DNA from: an uncultured bacterium
Lineage (GTDB): Bacteria > Patescibacteriota > JABMPQ01 > CAVVCK01
Reading direction: 5' to 3'
Length of the DNA stretch: 64,000 nt
NCBI GenBank assembly: GCA_963746775.1
Contig: CAVVCK010000001.1
Location: forward strand, 211,050-275,049
Shown piece by piece: positions 31,681-44,313 of this stretch (positions within the stretch are counted from its first letter, which is position 1; the number at the start of each line of letters is the position of its first letter). Made by a program: the position numbers and the translations under genes. The notes under the pieces were generated by a model. The model was not told the origin of the DNA. It saw nothing but the letters and a program-made list of their open reading frames with translations, and ran no database searches.

Positions 31681-32244
31681 ATGCTTACTATGAATGACTT
31701 AAAACCTAATCAAATGATAGAATTAGAGAGTCATCTCTACCAAGTTTTATCAAAAGATTTTATTAGAAATGCTCAAAGAAGACCGGTTATGTCAACTAAA
31801 CTAAAAGATTTAATTTCTGGTAAAATAGTCAAGCATACCTTCCAACAATCTGATGTTATTAAAGAGGTAGATCTTGAAAAAAACATAGCTCAATTTCTTT
31901 ATAAAGACGGAGAAAAATATTTCTTCATGGATAATACGACCTTTGAACAATTTTTCTTACCAAAAAAACTAATAGGCTCTAACGAAAAATTTTTAAAAGA
32001 AAATACAGAGGTCTCTGTCTTAAAATATGAAGAAACTTTTATAGGCATTAGCCTACCCGTCAAAATGAATTTTAAAGTAATTTCCGCTCCACCAGACACA
32101 AAAGGAAACTCAGCCCAATCAAGTGATAAGGAAATAGAGCTAGAAACTGGTTTCAAAATAAAAGCTCCGCTATTCATTAAAGAAGGCGATATAGTTAAAA
32201 TCAATACGGCCAAAGAAATTTATATTGAAAGAGTATCTAACTAA
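31681..32244 (+). CDS. efp: Elongation factor P with atypical tip loop
   Basis: [42 protein letters not shown]. Confidence 0.93.
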   Translation: MLTMNDLKPNQMIELESHLYQVLSKDFIRNAQRRPVMSTKLKDLISGKIVKHTFQQSDVIKEVDLEKNIAQFLYKDGEKYFFMDNTTFEQFFLPKKLIGSNEKFLKENTEVSVLKYEETFIGISLPVKMNFKVISAPPDTKGNSAQSSDKEIELETGFKIKAPLFIKEGDIVKINTAKEIYIERVSN

Positions 32245-33266
32245 TTATTTTTTCTTTCCTTCATAACTTCTTCCCAAACTTTCTTTTCTATTTCAGAAGA
32301 TAATTTTGGATTTTCTCTTAAGTATTTTTTGGCTGTCTCTCTACCTTGACCTAATTTATGACTGCCAAACATGTACCAAGATCCTTTTTTATTGACAATT
32401 TTATATAAAACTCCGGTATCAATTAAATCTCCTTCTCGTGATATTCCCTCATTATACATAATATCAAATTCAGTAGTCTGAAAAGGAGGAGCAACTTTAT
32501 TCTTAACAACTTTAACTTTCACTCTATTGCCAATCACCTTATCACCCATTTTGATTTGAGCTGCTCTTCTTAGATCAATTCTAACAGATGAATAAAATTT
32601 TAGGGCCTTGCCGCCGGTAGTTTCTTCGGGATTTCCAAACATAATCCCTATTTTCATTCTAATCTGATTTAGAAAAATAACACAAGTCTTTAACTTATAT
32701 ATAGCCGCTGTTAACTTTCTTAGGGCTTGTGACATTAATCTCGCTTGCAAACCCATATGAGAATCACCCATATCACCTTCAATTTCAGCTCTGGGAGTAA
32801 GCGCTGCTACAGAGTCAATTACAACAACATCAATAGCATTAGAACGAACAAGCGTTTCTACAATCTCTAGGGCTTGCTCTCCTGTTTCTGGTTGCGAGAT
32901 AAGAAGATCATTAATATTAACCCCTATTTTTCTAGCATAGTCAGGATCCAGTGCGTGTTCAGCATCAACAAAAGCAGCCAATCCTCCTTTTTTTTGAACA
33001 TTAGCAATGATATGTTGGGTTAGAGTAGTTTTTCCCGAAGACTCAGGACCAAATATTTCAATTACTCTGCCTCTAGGTACACCACCAATACCTAAGGCAA
33101 TATCTAGCGATATCGAACCAGTTGGAATAGAATCTATTTGTTGAATTCTAACTTCTCCTAATTTCATAATTGAACCGTCGCCAAATCTATCTTTTATCTC
33201 ATCTATAGCATGTTGAGCTGCTTTAACTTTAGCATCTGAATTATCAGATTTAATTTTTTGTGACAT
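32241..33266 (-). CDS. recA: Recombinase RecA
   Basis: [41 protein letters not shown]. Confidence 0.99.
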   Translation of the reverse strand: MSQKIKSDNSDAKVKAAQHAIDEIKDRFGDGSIMKLGEVRIQQIDSIPTGSISLDIALGIGGVPRGRVIEIFGPESSGKTTLTQHIIANVQKKGGLAAFVDAEHALDPDYARKIGVNINDLLISQPETGEQALEIVETLVRSNAIDVVVIDSVAALTPRAEIEGDMGDSHMGLQARLMSQALRKLTAAIYKLKTCVIFLNQIRMKIGIMFGNPEETTGGKALKFYSSVRIDLRRAAQIKMGDKVIGNRVKVKVVKNKVAPPFQTTEFDIMYNEGISREGDLIDTGVLYKIVNKKGSWYMFGSHKLGQGRETAKKYLRENPKLSSEIEKKVWEEVMKERKNN

Positions 33267-33319
33267 TTTTTAATTGTTATTTATAAATTATCGGTTATTT
33301 AATACTATAATAGTTTATT

Positions 33320-34348
33320 TTAATTTTCAAGAACTAAATCTCTAGTAAAAGCCATTTCCCTAATAACTTCTCCAGTATTACCCAAAGCTCCTAAATCTTC
33401 GCCATTAAAATTTACATAAGTAGTATCAGCCTTTCCCGAAGATATGGTTATATTTTCTTTGGCTCTGAATTCTTGTTTCGAATCTGGCAACATAGTTCCA
33501 GAATAGGCTATTTTGTTATCTTCTTTTACGTAAATCCAGGTTGCCCTATCTTTTATGGAAACTGTCAAATAAATTTCTTTATTATTATTTTCTACATTAT
33601 TTTTAGAAGATTCTACTTGCTCATTTTCATTATTATCTTTTTTAGCTACTAATTCTTCCGGAGCATCATACATAATTTTTCTTTCTACAACATTTTCTTT
33701 TTCAAATCTATTAGTAGCCACAATTCTTAGAATGTTAACTCCCGACTGTAAACTAACAGTTTCTTTAAAATTTCCCTCTGAATCAACAAAAATTGGCTGA
33801 TCATTAATTGTCAGATCAGAATCTAAATCAGATTGACCAAAAACTGTAATAGTTTCATCGTTAACAGTTTTATCTTGATCTAAATTATAAACAACTAATT
33901 TTGGAGGGCGAGATAAGCCACTTACTTGATACCATAAATAAAAAACAATTCCAAACGTTACTAAAACAATAAAAAATATTTGAATCATACGCGGAGTTAC
34001 TACAATAGGAACCGAAGTAATAAATTTTTTTTTATCTTGTTTGAAATTAGTAATTTTATTTTCTATATTTCTTTCTTTATTATAAATTTTAAGAACTGAA
34101 GATAAGTTTATTTTTAAAAACTTAGCATAACTTTTTAAATAGCCATGAACATAAACATCTGCCGGTAGTTTATCGTACTTGCCTTTCTCCAAATAATATA
34201 AATATTCTCTTTGAATATTTATTTTTTTTGCTATATCTTCTAATGATAAAGAAGTCCTTCTTTTCCTGGCAGCTTCTAATTTCTCACCCAAAGACTGAGT
34301 AGATTTTACTTTTCTAATTTTAAAATTATTATTCATAAAACATCTCAA
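33320..34348 (-). CDS. RodZ-like protein (HTH, TM, Ig-like domain, DUF4115-like C-terminus)
   Basis: LGEKL..AR, YLEKG.YDKLPADVYVHGYLKSYAKFL, TM helix, C-terminal TWIYV..G..L. Confidence 0.85.
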   Translation of the reverse strand: MRCFMNNNFKIRKVKSTQSLGEKLEAARKRRTSLSLEDIAKKINIQREYLYYLEKGKYDKLPADVYVHGYLKSYAKFLKINLSSVLKIYNKERNIENKITNFKQDKKKFITSVPIVVTPRMIQIFFIVLVTFGIVFYLWYQVSGLSRPPKLVVYNLDQDKTVNDETITVFGQSDLDSDLTINDQPIFVDSEGNFKETVSLQSGVNILRIVATNRFEKENVVERKIMYDAPEELVAKKDNNENEQVESSKNNVENNNKEIYLTVSIKDRATWIYVKEDNKIAYSGTMLPDSKQEFRAKENITISSGKADTTYVNFNGEDLGALGNTGEVIREMAFTRDLVLEN

Positions 34349-34351
34349 AAT

Positions 34352-36655
34352 TTAATTAACTGAGTCAAAATTTTGTTCATTCTCATCTTTCGATTCCTTA
34401 TCTTGACTTTCCTGGTTAAAACTATCAGCTAGAATATCTCTCGGCTTAGCACCATCGGCCGGCCCAACTATACCTTGATCTTCTAATATATCTAGCAACC
34501 TGGCAGCTCTAGCATAACCTATTCTGAGACGCCTTTGTAAATATGAAGCTGAAGCTTTACCTGCTTGTATTACTATCATTTTAGCATCATCGTAAAGATC
34601 GTCTTCTATATCATCACTAGATAATCCATTAACTAAAGATGATTTTTTTTCTAGAATTTCTTCCCTATATTCAGGCTCTCCTTGCTCTTTAATCCAACCA
34701 GTAACATTTCTAATTTCTTTCTCTGAAACATAAACACCTTGTATTCTTCTAGGCTTGCCAATTTCAGAATCTATATACAACATATCACCATTGCCTAATA
34801 ATTTTTCAGCACCCGACATATCTAGGATTGTTCTTGAATCTATTTGAGAAGCTACAGCAAAAGCAATACGAGAAATAATATTAGCCTTAATTAACCCAGT
34901 AATTACATTAACCGAGGGCCGCTGGGTTGCCAAAATCAAATGTATGCCGGAAGCTCTAGACATCTGGGCTAATCTTACAATACAAGCTTCAACTTCGTTA
35001 GAAGCTACTGCCATCAAATCAGCTAATTCATCAATAATTAAAACTAAATAAGGTAACTTTTTGTCTTTTAATTTATGATTATATGAAGCGATATCTCGAC
35101 TACCTCTCTCGGAAAATAATTTTAATCTTCGCTCCATTTCAGCTACTAGCCATTTTAGCGAATTAACAATTTTATCTACTTCAGTAACAACTGGTGTTAG
35201 TAAATGAGGTATACCATTATAGCTAGTCATTTCCACTTTTTTAGGATCAACTAAAATAAATCTTAAATTATCCGGAGAATTTTGATATAAAAAGGATAAT
35301 ATAATTGAATTTAAGCAAATAGATTTTCCAGAACCGGTAGCCCCAGATATTAATAAATGAGGCATTTTAAGCAAGTCTGAAATAATTACTCTACCAGAAA
35401 CATCTCGCCCCAAAGGCATAGTTAAAGAAGATTTTCTATTGGTAAATTCATCACTTTCTAACATTTCTTTGAAACGTACAATGGCTACATTTTGATTAGG
35501 GACTTCAATGCCTACCAAAGACTTGCCAGGGATAGGTGCTTCTATTCTGATTGGATGTGAAGCCAGCGCTAAGGCCAAATCATTCTGCAGAGCAATTATT
35601 TTACTAAGCTTAACTCCCTCCGCCGGCCTTAGAGTATATTGAGTAACAGTCGGTCCAACATTAACCCCTTCCATAGAGACATCTAAGCCAAAATTTTCAA
35701 AGGTATTTTTTATGACATCAACATTTTCATTAATATTTCCACTGGTTGGCAGAGAGGTTTGTTTATCTAATAAATCTGCTGAATAGGGCTTCCAATTACT
35801 TGTTTTTGTCATTTCTTCAGTATTAACATCTTCACTTTCATCAGTTAATTTTTTAGTTTTTAAATCAATATTTGGCTCCCTTTTGTTTTTTAAAGTAAAT
35901 TCATCAATATTTTGGTCAGAATCACTATTTGTATTAGTAGTACTATTATTAAAAGAAAGTCCTGTAATTTCTAATTTTTTATCTAAAAGCATTTTTGATT
36001 TAACTTTGCCTAATAAAAGGATAATATTATCTTTTATTAATAAAATACTCTTCCAGATATCCGAAAAGGATAAATTAAATATTAAAATTAAACTTATTGT
36101 AAATAGGGTTAAAAACAAAAATAAAGTAGCCCAGAATCCCATTAATGCCTGAAATGGATAAGTAAAGCCTAACCCTAAATATCCTCCTCCTCTGCCCTCA
36201 CTAGCCGCCAAATGAGCCTGTTCGGATGAATAAAGTAAGTGTAATAAAGAAGAAAGGCTAATTACAAATAAAAACAAGCCAACTAATCTTGTCCAACGAT
36301 TACTATATTTGTAACTTCTTTTTGGTTGTTCTTCATTCTCCTCTTCATTATTATCATCCTCATCTTTCACTTTTTTAGGTTTTTTTTCTCTTCCTTCTCT
36401 GAATAAAAAAAGACAGATACCCAGAGATATAAGTGGCATAATATAGGCTTGATATCCTAATCCATACCTTAAGTATTCTTTCAAAAAATCTCCTAGCCTA
36501 CCAGCAATATTTATCATTGAAAGAAATAGTATGCAAGATAAACCAAAAAAAAGAACAATCAAAATATCTTTTTTTTGTTTTTGATTAAGTTTAAAAAATG
36601 ATTTTCTCCTTCTTCGACTATAATTTGAACTATTATTCCTTTTTCTTTTAGCCAT
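34352..36655 (-). CDS. ftsK: DNA translocase FtsK/SpoIIIE
   Basis: N-terminal TMs, RIEAPIPGK, SGATGSGKS, IDELADLM, ATQRPSV, gamma domain LQRRLRIGYARAARL. Confidence 0.97.
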   Translation of the reverse strand: MAKRKRNNSSNYSRRRRKSFFKLNQKQKKDILIVLFFGLSCILFLSMINIAGRLGDFLKEYLRYGLGYQAYIMPLISLGICLFLFREGREKKPKKVKDEDDNNEEENEEQPKRSYKYSNRWTRLVGLFLFVISLSSLLHLLYSSEQAHLAASEGRGGGYLGLGFTYPFQALMGFWATLFLFLTLFTISLILIFNLSFSDIWKSILLIKDNIILLLGKVKSKMLLDKKLEITGLSFNNSTTNTNSDSDQNIDEFTLKNKREPNIDLKTKKLTDESEDVNTEEMTKTSNWKPYSADLLDKQTSLPTSGNINENVDVIKNTFENFGLDVSMEGVNVGPTVTQYTLRPAEGVKLSKIIALQNDLALALASHPIRIEAPIPGKSLVGIEVPNQNVAIVRFKEMLESDEFTNRKSSLTMPLGRDVSGRVIISDLLKMPHLLISGATGSGKSICLNSIILSFLYQNSPDNLRFILVDPKKVEMTSYNGIPHLLTPVVTEVDKIVNSLKWLVAEMERRLKLFSERGSRDIASYNHKLKDKKLPYLVLIIDELADLMAVASNEVEACIVRLAQMSRASGIHLILATQRPSVNVITGLIKANIISRIAFAVASQIDSRTILDMSGAEKLLGNGDMLYIDSEIGKPRRIQGVYVSEKEIRNVTGWIKEQGEPEYREEILEKKSSLVNGLSSDDIEDDLYDDAKMIVIQAGKASASYLQRRLRIGYARAARLLDILEDQGIVGPADGAKPRDILADSFNQESQDKESKDENEQNFDSVN

Positions 36656-36796
36656 AATTAAAAATTACCTCTCTTTTCATTAATTTTATACTTAAAAGAC
36701 CTGATAGTCAACTTTTGTAAATTTTAATAAGTGCTGTTTTTGTTTATAAATTTGGTTACAATTTTTATAAAAAAATCTCTATCTTATTACCTAAAC

Positions 36797-36828
36797 AAAA
36801 ATCCCCTCTTAAACTAGAGGGGATTTTT
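36797..36828 (-). terminator. Intrinsic terminator after rpoC
   Basis: AAAAATCCCCTCT-TAAACT-AGAGGGGATTTTT. Confidence 0.88.
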
Positions 36829-36847
36829 AAATCAAATATTGAATCAA

Positions 36848-39800
36848 TTACTTTCTAAAACCAGTTCCGGCTGGAATTAATTTACCAATAATAACATTTT
36901 CTTTGAGTCCTTTTAGTTCATCTTGCTTACCAGTAATAGCTGCATCAATTAATATTTTTGCAGTTTCTTGGAAAGAAGCAGCAGATAAGAAACTCTCTGT
37001 AGCTAATGATGCCTTAGTTATACCAAGTAAAACTTCTACACCTTCTGGCGGAATTTTTCCAGCTTCTGTTAATTCTTCTTTAGATTTCCTAAATTTAATT
37101 CTATCAATAACATCTCCAGATAAAAAATTACTATCACCTGCTTTAACAATTCTTACCCAAGAAAGCATTCTTCTAATAATTAGCTCTACGTGTTTGTCAT
37201 TCAAATCTTGACCCTGGCTTGAATAAATATATTGAACCTCTTTTAAAATATATTTTTGAACAGCAGATCTGCCACCTAACTGAAAGAGTTTTTGTATATC
37301 AACCCTTCCTTCGGTCATTTGCTGACCACTAATTACTTCGTCTCCTGACTTAACCCATAATATTGCCTGAGCAGAAAGAACATACTTTTTCTCAATAACT
37401 CCATCATACTTAACTACTAATTCATCTTTATTTAATTTTACTCTACCGTCAGTTTTAGCTTTTATTTTCTCTCTTCCTTTAACTAATAAAATTTTCCCTT
37501 CAGTTACTTTTTCATTATCTTTAATTTTTATTTTATCATTTTTCTCTATTTGCACTATGTCATCTTTAACTCTAGAAGATACTATTCTAACTATTTTATT
37601 GCCTTTATCATCCTCAATATGCACTTTCCCGCTTATTTCAGCAATTAAAGCTGGCTCTTTTATTCCCCTAGCTTCAAATAACTCCTCAACTCTGGGTAAA
37701 CCTTGAGTAATATCACCCTCGCCTGCTACACCACCAGTGTGAAAAGTACGCATAGTAAGCTGTGTTCCAGGTTCACCAATAGACTGAGCCGCTATAATAC
37801 CTACTGCTTGTCCCAAATCTACTACTTTATTTCGACCCAAATCCCAGCCATAACATTTCTTGCAAATACCAGATGCTAATTTACAATTCATTACTGATCT
37901 TACTTTTACAGAATCGATTCTTTTTTCATCTATCTTGATTGTAGTTTCTTTATTAATCATTTCCCCTCTTTTTATAATAACTTCTCCCTTATCATCAACA
38001 ACATCAGCCGCTGCATATCTTCCTAAGATACGTTCAGACATTTTTTCATTCATCTCTTCATCATCTGCTCTGGATATCTCTGCTCCTTCTAAATCGCCAC
38101 AATCTTCTTCGTGAATAATCATGTCCTGAGCTACATCAATCAAACGACGAGTAAGATATCCAGCATTAGCAGTACGAAGAGCTGTATCAGTTAAACCTTT
38201 TCTGGCACCATGAGTAGAAATAAAATATTCTAATACACCTAATCCTTCTTTAAAACTATTTTTAACCGGTAGCTCAATAGTCTTTCCAGATGGTGCAGCC
38301 ATCAATCCTCTCATACCGCACATCTGAACAATCTGAGGCCAAGAACCTCTTGCTCCAGATTCAACCATATAATGTACTGAACCATAGTTATCCAGTGTAT
38401 CTGTAACATGATCTGAAATATCATTTTTAACTTTAGCCCAAGTTTCAATAATCTTGATATATCTTTCCTCATCTGTTAAAAGACCAGCCTTGAACTGTTG
38501 CCTTAATTTTTCAACTTCCTTACTAGCAATATCTATAAGACTTTTCTTTTCATCAGGTATTACTAAATCATCCATTCCCCAAGATAATCCAGCATAAGAA
38601 AGATATTTAAAACCAATTTTCTTAATATTATCAACCAACCTAACAACAATCTCTTTATCAAACTTAAAGATCATTTCACTAATCAATTTGGATAATGTTT
38701 TTTTATCTAAAAGTTTATTTAAAAAAGGATATTCTTTCGGTAAAATTTTATTAAAAATAACCCGACCTACACACGTTTCAATATATTCATCATTAATATT
38801 AACTTTAACTTTAGCCCTAACATCCACAAATCCATTCTCATAAGCCATAATAGCCTCATCAGCATTACTAAAACATTTTCCTTCTCCGCAAACTCCCGTT
38901 TTTATATTAGTAATATAATAGCAACCAAGAACTATATCTTGAGAAGGAGTGGTAACAGGAGCACCAGTGGCTGGCTTTAAAAGATTTTGGACAGAAGCCA
39001 TAATATTCTTTGCTTCTTCTTGCCCTTGCGGAGTTAGAGGAAGATGAACAGCCATTTGATCACCATCAAAATCAGCGTTGAAAGCACTACAAACCATTGG
39101 ATGAATCATTATTGCCTTGCCTTCAATTAACCTCGGACGAAAAGCTTGAATTCCAAGTCTATGTAGAGTAGGAGCACGATTTAATAAGACATATTTATTC
39201 TGAATAACTTCTTCTAATATATCCCATACTTCGTCTTTACCTTCTTCTATTAATTTTGAAGCAGATCTTACATTGTGAGCCGAACCAGATTGTATTAATT
39301 TATTAATAACAAAAGGTTTAAATAGCTCTAGCGCCATAATTTTTGGAATTCCACATTCTGATAGATCTAAGTCTGGACCAATTACAATAACTGAACGTCC
39401 AGAATAATCTACTCTCTTACCTAAAAGATTCTGTCTAAATCTACCTTGTTTACCCTTTAACATATCCGCTAGGGATTTTAGTGGCCTCTTCTGAGCTGTA
39501 GAGGTAATTTCTTTTCCAGATCTTGAAGTGTTATCAATTAAAGCATCAACCGCTTCTTGTAACATTCTCTTTTCGTTACGACAAATAACTTCAGGAGCAT
39601 TAAGTTCTATTAATCTCTTTAGACGATTATTTCTATTAATTACTCTTCTATATAAATCATTCAAATCTGAAGCAGCAAATCTTCCACCATCAAGCTGAAC
39701 CATTGGTCTCAAGTCTGGCGGAAGAACCGGAATAACGGTCAAAATTGTCCATTCTGGCCGAACACCCGCTCTAATCATATTACGAACAAGGTTGAGTCTT

Positions 39801-40627
39801 TTTTTAATTTTTTTCTTTTCTTGGGAATATGTATTTCTGGCTTTTTCTTCTAAAAATTTAGCTAATTTTTCTAAATCGATTTCTTTTAAAACTTTATAAA
39901 TAGCTTCCGCTCCAATACTAGCCTGAAAAACATGACCATACTTCAGAGACAAATCTCTAAAAAGAATTTCTGAGATAATGGCTAATTTCTCAATCCCTTC
40001 TAAATTTTTCTTTTCTTCATTAAAAGATTTTTCTAGCCTTTCAACTTTAGCAATTTTTTCTTCGCTCAGAGTAACTATTTTATCATCAATCTTATTGCCC
40101 CCTTCGGTTTTTAACTTATTAATTTTATCATTATATTCTTTATCAATGATTTTCTTTTTAGATTTTAATTCTTCTTTTATTTCATTTAAAGCTTTTTCTT
40201 TGGCATCATAATCTACTTGCGTAATTATATAACTACCAAAATAAATAATTTTCTCTAAATTCTTAACTGATAGATCTAATAATAAACCAATTTTAGAAGG
40301 TACTCCTCTTAGAAACCAGATGTGACTAACTGGCGCTGCTAATTTTATATGGCCCATTCTCTCTCTTCTAACAATAGCACGGGTAACTTCAACTCCACAT
40401 TTATCACACACTATTCCTTTATAACGTATTCTTTTATATTTACCGCAATAACATTCCCAATCCTTAGTGGGACCAAAAATTCTTTCAGAAAAAAGTCCGT
40501 CTTTTTCTGGCCGTTGAGTTCTGTAGTTTATTGTTTCAGGCTTTTTTACCTCACCGTGAGACCACGATAAAATAACTTCTGGTGAAGCAAGTTTTAATTT
40601 TAAAGCTTTAAAATCTGTTGGATACAT
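36848..40627 (-). CDS. rpoC: RNA polymerase beta' subunit
   Basis: Zinc-binding CYCGKYK..CDKC, NADFDGDQM, QLTMRTFH, LKENVIIG. Confidence 0.99.
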   Translation of the reverse strand: MYPTDFKALKLKLASPEVILSWSHGEVKKPETINYRTQRPEKDGLFSERIFGPTKDWECYCGKYKRIRYKGIVCDKCGVEVTRAIVRRERMGHIKLAAPVSHIWFLRGVPSKIGLLLDLSVKNLEKIIYFGSYIITQVDYDAKEKALNEIKEELKSKKKIIDKEYNDKINKLKTEGGNKIDDKIVTLSEEKIAKVERLEKSFNEEKKNLEGIEKLAIISEILFRDLSLKYGHVFQASIGAEAIYKVLKEIDLEKLAKFLEEKARNTYSQEKKKIKKRLNLVRNMIRAGVRPEWTILTVIPVLPPDLRPMVQLDGGRFAASDLNDLYRRVINRNNRLKRLIELNAPEVICRNEKRMLQEAVDALIDNTSRSGKEITSTAQKRPLKSLADMLKGKQGRFRQNLLGKRVDYSGRSVIVIGPDLDLSECGIPKIMALELFKPFVINKLIQSGSAHNVRSASKLIEEGKDEVWDILEEVIQNKYVLLNRAPTLHRLGIQAFRPRLIEGKAIMIHPMVCSAFNADFDGDQMAVHLPLTPQGQEEAKNIMASVQNLLKPATGAPVTTPSQDIVLGCYYITNIKTGVCGEGKCFSNADEAIMAYENGFVDVRAKVKVNINDEYIETCVGRVIFNKILPKEYPFLNKLLDKKTLSKLISEMIFKFDKEIVVRLVDNIKKIGFKYLSYAGLSWGMDDLVIPDEKKSLIDIASKEVEKLRQQFKAGLLTDEERYIKIIETWAKVKNDISDHVTDTLDNYGSVHYMVESGARGSWPQIVQMCGMRGLMAAPSGKTIELPVKNSFKEGLGVLEYFISTHGARKGLTDTALRTANAGYLTRRLIDVAQDMIIHEEDCGDLEGAEISRADDEEMNEKMSERILGRYAAADVVDDKGEVIIKRGEMINKETTIKIDEKRIDSVKVRSVMNCKLASGICKKCYGWDLGRNKVVDLGQAVGIIAAQSIGEPGTQLTMRTFHTGGVAGEGDITQGLPRVEELFEARGIKEPALIAEISGKVHIEDDKGNKIVRIVSSRVKDDIVQIEKNDKIKIKDNEKVTEGKILLVKGREKIKAKTDGRVKLNKDELVVKYDGVIEKKYVLSAQAILWVKSGDEVISGQQMTEGRVDIQKLFQLGGRSAVQKYILKEVQYIYSSQGQDLNDKHVELIIRRMLSWVRIVKAGDSNFLSGDVIDRIKFRKSKEELTEAGKIPPEGVEVLLGITKASLATESFLSAASFQETAKILIDAAITGKQDELKGLKENVIIGKLIPAGTGFRK

Positions 40628-40687
40628 AATATATAAATTAATTTTTATTAATTTAATTAGGAAACAGCTATGAAAAATAATTAATTT

Positions 40688-43600
40688 TTATTTTTCTTCA
40701 ACTAGATTTTCATTTTTATCTTTCTCTTCAACTTCTTTAATCACTTTTTGACCTACCATTTCTACATCTAGGGCTAAACTCTTTAATTCTTTAATCAAAA
40801 CTCCAAAAGATTCTGGAATATTTGGCGGTTTTATAGTTTCACCTTTAATTATTGATTCATAGGTTTTAGATCGGCCTAATACATCATCAGATTTAATTGT
40901 TAATACTTCCTGTAAAATATGTGCTGCACCATAAGCTTCCAGAGCCCAAACTTCCATTTCTCCGAATCTCTGACCACCAAACTGCGCTTTACCACCAAGA
41001 GGCTGTTGAGTAACTAGAGAATATGGACCAATTGATCTTTGATGAATTTTTTCTTCTACTAAGTGATGTAGCTTTAAAATATACATAACACCAACTGTTG
41101 TTTTTTCAGTAAATTTTTCTCCAGTCCTACCATCTTGCAATTGTACTTTGCCATCTTCAGGAAAACCCGCTTTTACTAATTCTTCTTTAATTTGTTCTTC
41201 TGACACACCTTCAAAAACAGGGGTAGCTACTTTATAACCTAATTTTTTAGCAGCCCACCCAAGATGAGTCTCCAATATCTGACCAAGATTCATACGAGAG
41301 GCTACACCTAAAGGATTTAAAATAACATCAACTGGAGTTCCATCTAATAAATGAGGCATATCCTCTACTGGAACTACCTTTGAAATAACACCTTTGTTAC
41401 CATGACGACCAGCCATTTTATCTCCTACCTGAACTCTTCTAGATTGAGCTATGGATATTTGAAGTGTTTTTATTACCCCAGCTGAAAGCTTATCACCATT
41501 TTTACGTGAAAATTCTTTAATATCTACTACTTTCCCTCTTTCCCCATGTTCGAGATATAGTGATGTATCCCTAACATCACGAGCTTTTTCTCCGAATATT
41601 GCTCTGAGCAATCTCTCTTCAGCTGTTAATTCAGTTTCGCCTTTGGGAGTAATTTTACCTACTAAAATATCTCCCGAGGAAACTTCTGCTCCGACACGAA
41701 TAATTCCTTCCTCATCTAAATCTTTTAATTTTTCTTCTCCAACGTTAGGAATATCACGAGTCACAACTTCTGGCCCAAGCTTTGTATCTCGGACATCAAC
41801 AGAAAAATCTGAGATATGAATAGAAGTATAATAGTCTCCCTGAACAATTTTTTCAGAAATTAATATAGCATCTTCGAAATTACCTCCACCCCAAGACATA
41901 AAAGCAACTACCATATTTTGTCCTAAAGCTAATTCTCCATGATCTGTCATGCCATCAGCTATAACCTGATCTTTTTTAATAATATCATCTACATCGACTA
42001 GAGGACGTTGATTTATACAAGTTGAAGTATTAGAACGATTAAAATTATGTAATTGGTATTCTTTAACATTACCACTATCTTCCAATATTTTTATATGACT
42101 AGCATCAACTTCCAACACTTTTCCAGAGGCATGAGAAATAACTAAAGCTCCAGAATCATAAGCAGCCTTTTCTTCTATACCAGTACCTACAATTGGAGAA
42201 TCAGGATTTACGCATACTACTGCCTGCCTCTGCATATTTGTACCCATCAAGGCTCTGTTAGCATCATCATGTTCTAAGAAAGGAATTAAGGCTGTAGCTA
42301 CTGAAACAATTTGTTTTGGAGAAACATCTACATATTCTATTTTACCTGTAGCCTCAATAGCCGGTTCTCCTTTAATTCTGACTTCAGCTCTGCTGTTAAT
42401 AAAATAGCCATTTCCATCAATAGGAGTAGTAGCTGGCGCGGTTACTTTATTTTCTTCAGTTGGAGCATCTAAATATTCTATATCATCAGTTACTCTAGAT
42501 CTTAATTGAATAGCGTCTATATCTAATCTCTTTATAATTTTAACATCTTGAGCAGTTAATTTGGTATCACCTTTAATTACGGTCTTACCTGACTTTGGAT
42601 CAATTACTCCTTTTTTATAAATAATTTCTCCCTCTGCTTTATCAAAATCCTTTTTCTTAATTTCTCTTAACACTTTTCTATAAGGAGTTTCAATAAAACC
42701 ATATTTATTTAATTTGGCATAGCTGGCTAAATGGTTTACTAATCCGATATTTGGACCCTCAGGAGTTGCAATTGGACATATTCTGCCATAATGAGTTCGG
42801 TGCACATCACGAACATCAAAACCAGCCCTCTCACGAGATAGACCTCCAGGACCCATAGCTGATAATCTTCTCTTGTGCTCAAGCTCAGACATTGGATTAG
42901 TCTGATCCATGAATTGCGACAACTGAGAAGTCATAAAAAATTCTCTAATAGAAGCAATTATTGGTCTAGCGTTTACAATTTGAGCTGGAGTAATTGTATT
43001 AATATCTATAGTACTCATTCTATCTTTCACAATTCTAGCCATACGTGCTAGCCCAATTCTCATTTTATTTTGTACTAACTCTCCAACTGCTCTAATCCTT
43101 CTGTTGCCCAAGTGATCAATATCGTCTGGTTCACCTTGAGTAATATTAAGTCGAATAACTTCTTTTAAAATAGCTACTAAATCTTCCTTTTTAAAAATTC
43201 TATTTTTTTCATTTATAACAATATCTTGTTCAAGTCTCTGGTTCATTCTAAATCGTCCCACTTCACCCAAATCATAACGATCCAAATTAAAAAACATTCC
43301 TTGTACTAATGATTTAGCATTGTCAGCTGTTGCTAAATCGCCTGGTCTAATTCTCCTATATATTTCAATAAATCCTTCGTCTGAATTATGGGCCACATCT
43401 TTCCCAATAGTTGTTTTAATATATTTTCTATTAGGATCAGTATCTATATCTTTAAAAATTTGTAAAATTTCTTTATCAGTTCCATAACCAAAAGCACGCA
43501 ATAGTGAAGTTGCGGGAACTTTTCTCTTTCTATCTATTTTTACATATATTACTCCATTAGAATCAGTTTCAAATTCAAGCCAAGCACCACGATTTGGAAT

Positions 43601-44068
43601 CACTTTTGCCCCAAAATGTTTTTCTCCTTTGGAAATATTGGAAGTAAAAAATACTCCTGGAGATCTTATAATCTGACTCACCACTACTCTCTCTACTCCA
43701 TTAATAATAAATGTTCCTCTCTCTGTCATTAAAGGAAATTCACCCAAATATACTTCCTGCTCTTTGATTTCTCCTGTTTGTTTATTGGTAAGCTGTACTT
43801 TCACGCGCAAGGCTGCTTCAAAAGTTGCATTTCTTGATTTGGCTTCTACTTCATCGTACTTTGGATCATCGAAAGAATAATCTAAAAAATTAAGTTCTAA
43901 GGCTTTTTCAGTAAAATCTAAAATTGGCGATATCTCTGAAAATAGCTCTTTTAATCCTTCTTTCAAAAACCAGTCATAAGAATTAAGTTGAACCTCAATT
44001 AAATTAGGTAGATCAAAGATTTTTTGATTACTTTGATTTAAATACTTACGTTTTGTTTCTTGAAGCAT
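40688..44068 (-). CDS. rpoB: RNA polymerase beta subunit
   Basis: [39 protein letters not shown]. Confidence 0.99.
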   Translation of the reverse strand: MLQETKRKYLNQSNQKIFDLPNLIEVQLNSYDWFLKEGLKELFSEISPILDFTEKALELNFLDYSFDDPKYDEVEAKSRNATFEAALRVKVQLTNKQTGEIKEQEVYLGEFPLMTERGTFIINGVERVVVSQIIRSPGVFFTSNISKGEKHFGAKVIPNRGAWLEFETDSNGVIYVKIDRKRKVPATSLLRAFGYGTDKEILQIFKDIDTDPNRKYIKTTIGKDVAHNSDEGFIEIYRRIRPGDLATADNAKSLVQGMFFNLDRYDLGEVGRFRMNQRLEQDIVINEKNRIFKKEDLVAILKEVIRLNITQGEPDDIDHLGNRRIRAVGELVQNKMRIGLARMARIVKDRMSTIDINTITPAQIVNARPIIASIREFFMTSQLSQFMDQTNPMSELEHKRRLSAMGPGGLSRERAGFDVRDVHRTHYGRICPIATPEGPNIGLVNHLASYAKLNKYGFIETPYRKVLREIKKKDFDKAEGEIIYKKGVIDPKSGKTVIKGDTKLTAQDVKIIKRLDIDAIQLRSRVTDDIEYLDAPTEENKVTAPATTPIDGNGYFINSRAEVRIKGEPAIEATGKIEYVDVSPKQIVSVATALIPFLEHDDANRALMGTNMQRQAVVCVNPDSPIVGTGIEEKAAYDSGALVISHASGKVLEVDASHIKILEDSGNVKEYQLHNFNRSNTSTCINQRPLVDVDDIIKKDQVIADGMTDHGELALGQNMVVAFMSWGGGNFEDAILISEKIVQGDYYTSIHISDFSVDVRDTKLGPEVVTRDIPNVGEEKLKDLDEEGIIRVGAEVSSGDILVGKITPKGETELTAEERLLRAIFGEKARDVRDTSLYLEHGERGKVVDIKEFSRKNGDKLSAGVIKTLQISIAQSRRVQVGDKMAGRHGNKGVISKVVPVEDMPHLLDGTPVDVILNPLGVASRMNLGQILETHLGWAAKKLGYKVATPVFEGVSEEQIKEELVKAGFPEDGKVQLQDGRTGEKFTEKTTVGVMYILKLHHLVEEKIHQRSIGPYSLVTQQPLGGKAQFGGQRFGEMEVWALEAYGAAHILQEVLTIKSDDVLGRSKTYESIIKGETIKPPNIPESFGVLIKELKSLALDVEMVGQKVIKEVEEKDKNENLVEEK

Positions 44069-44206
44069 TAGATTATAATAAAGAAATAAATAAACTAAAT
44101 TAGGAAGTTTGGGGATACTAAAAAATAGCGCAAATATAAAAAGCGCTTTTTCTGATGTAAATTATTTAACAAAAAAGGAAGGCGATATTACTTTTCGCAT
44201 GCTTAT

Positions 44207-44234
44207 ATAATATATAAAATAAAAAATGTGTCAA
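44207..44234 (-). promoter_or_regulatory. Sigma70-type promoter of rpoBC
   Basis: TTGACA (44234-44229), 16-nt spacer, TATTAT. Confidence 0.55.
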
Positions 44235-44313
44235 TAAAAAAATAATACTATTTCCCAAAAGTAAAATTATGTGATAAAAATACCTTAAATTTCTAATTAC
44301 TAATTACTAATAA

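Noticed and set aside
36848-44068. Inteins or introns in rpoB, rpoC, recA or gyrB
   Set aside because: The ORFs are continuous and of normal length, with no intein or homing-endonuclease motifs seen.
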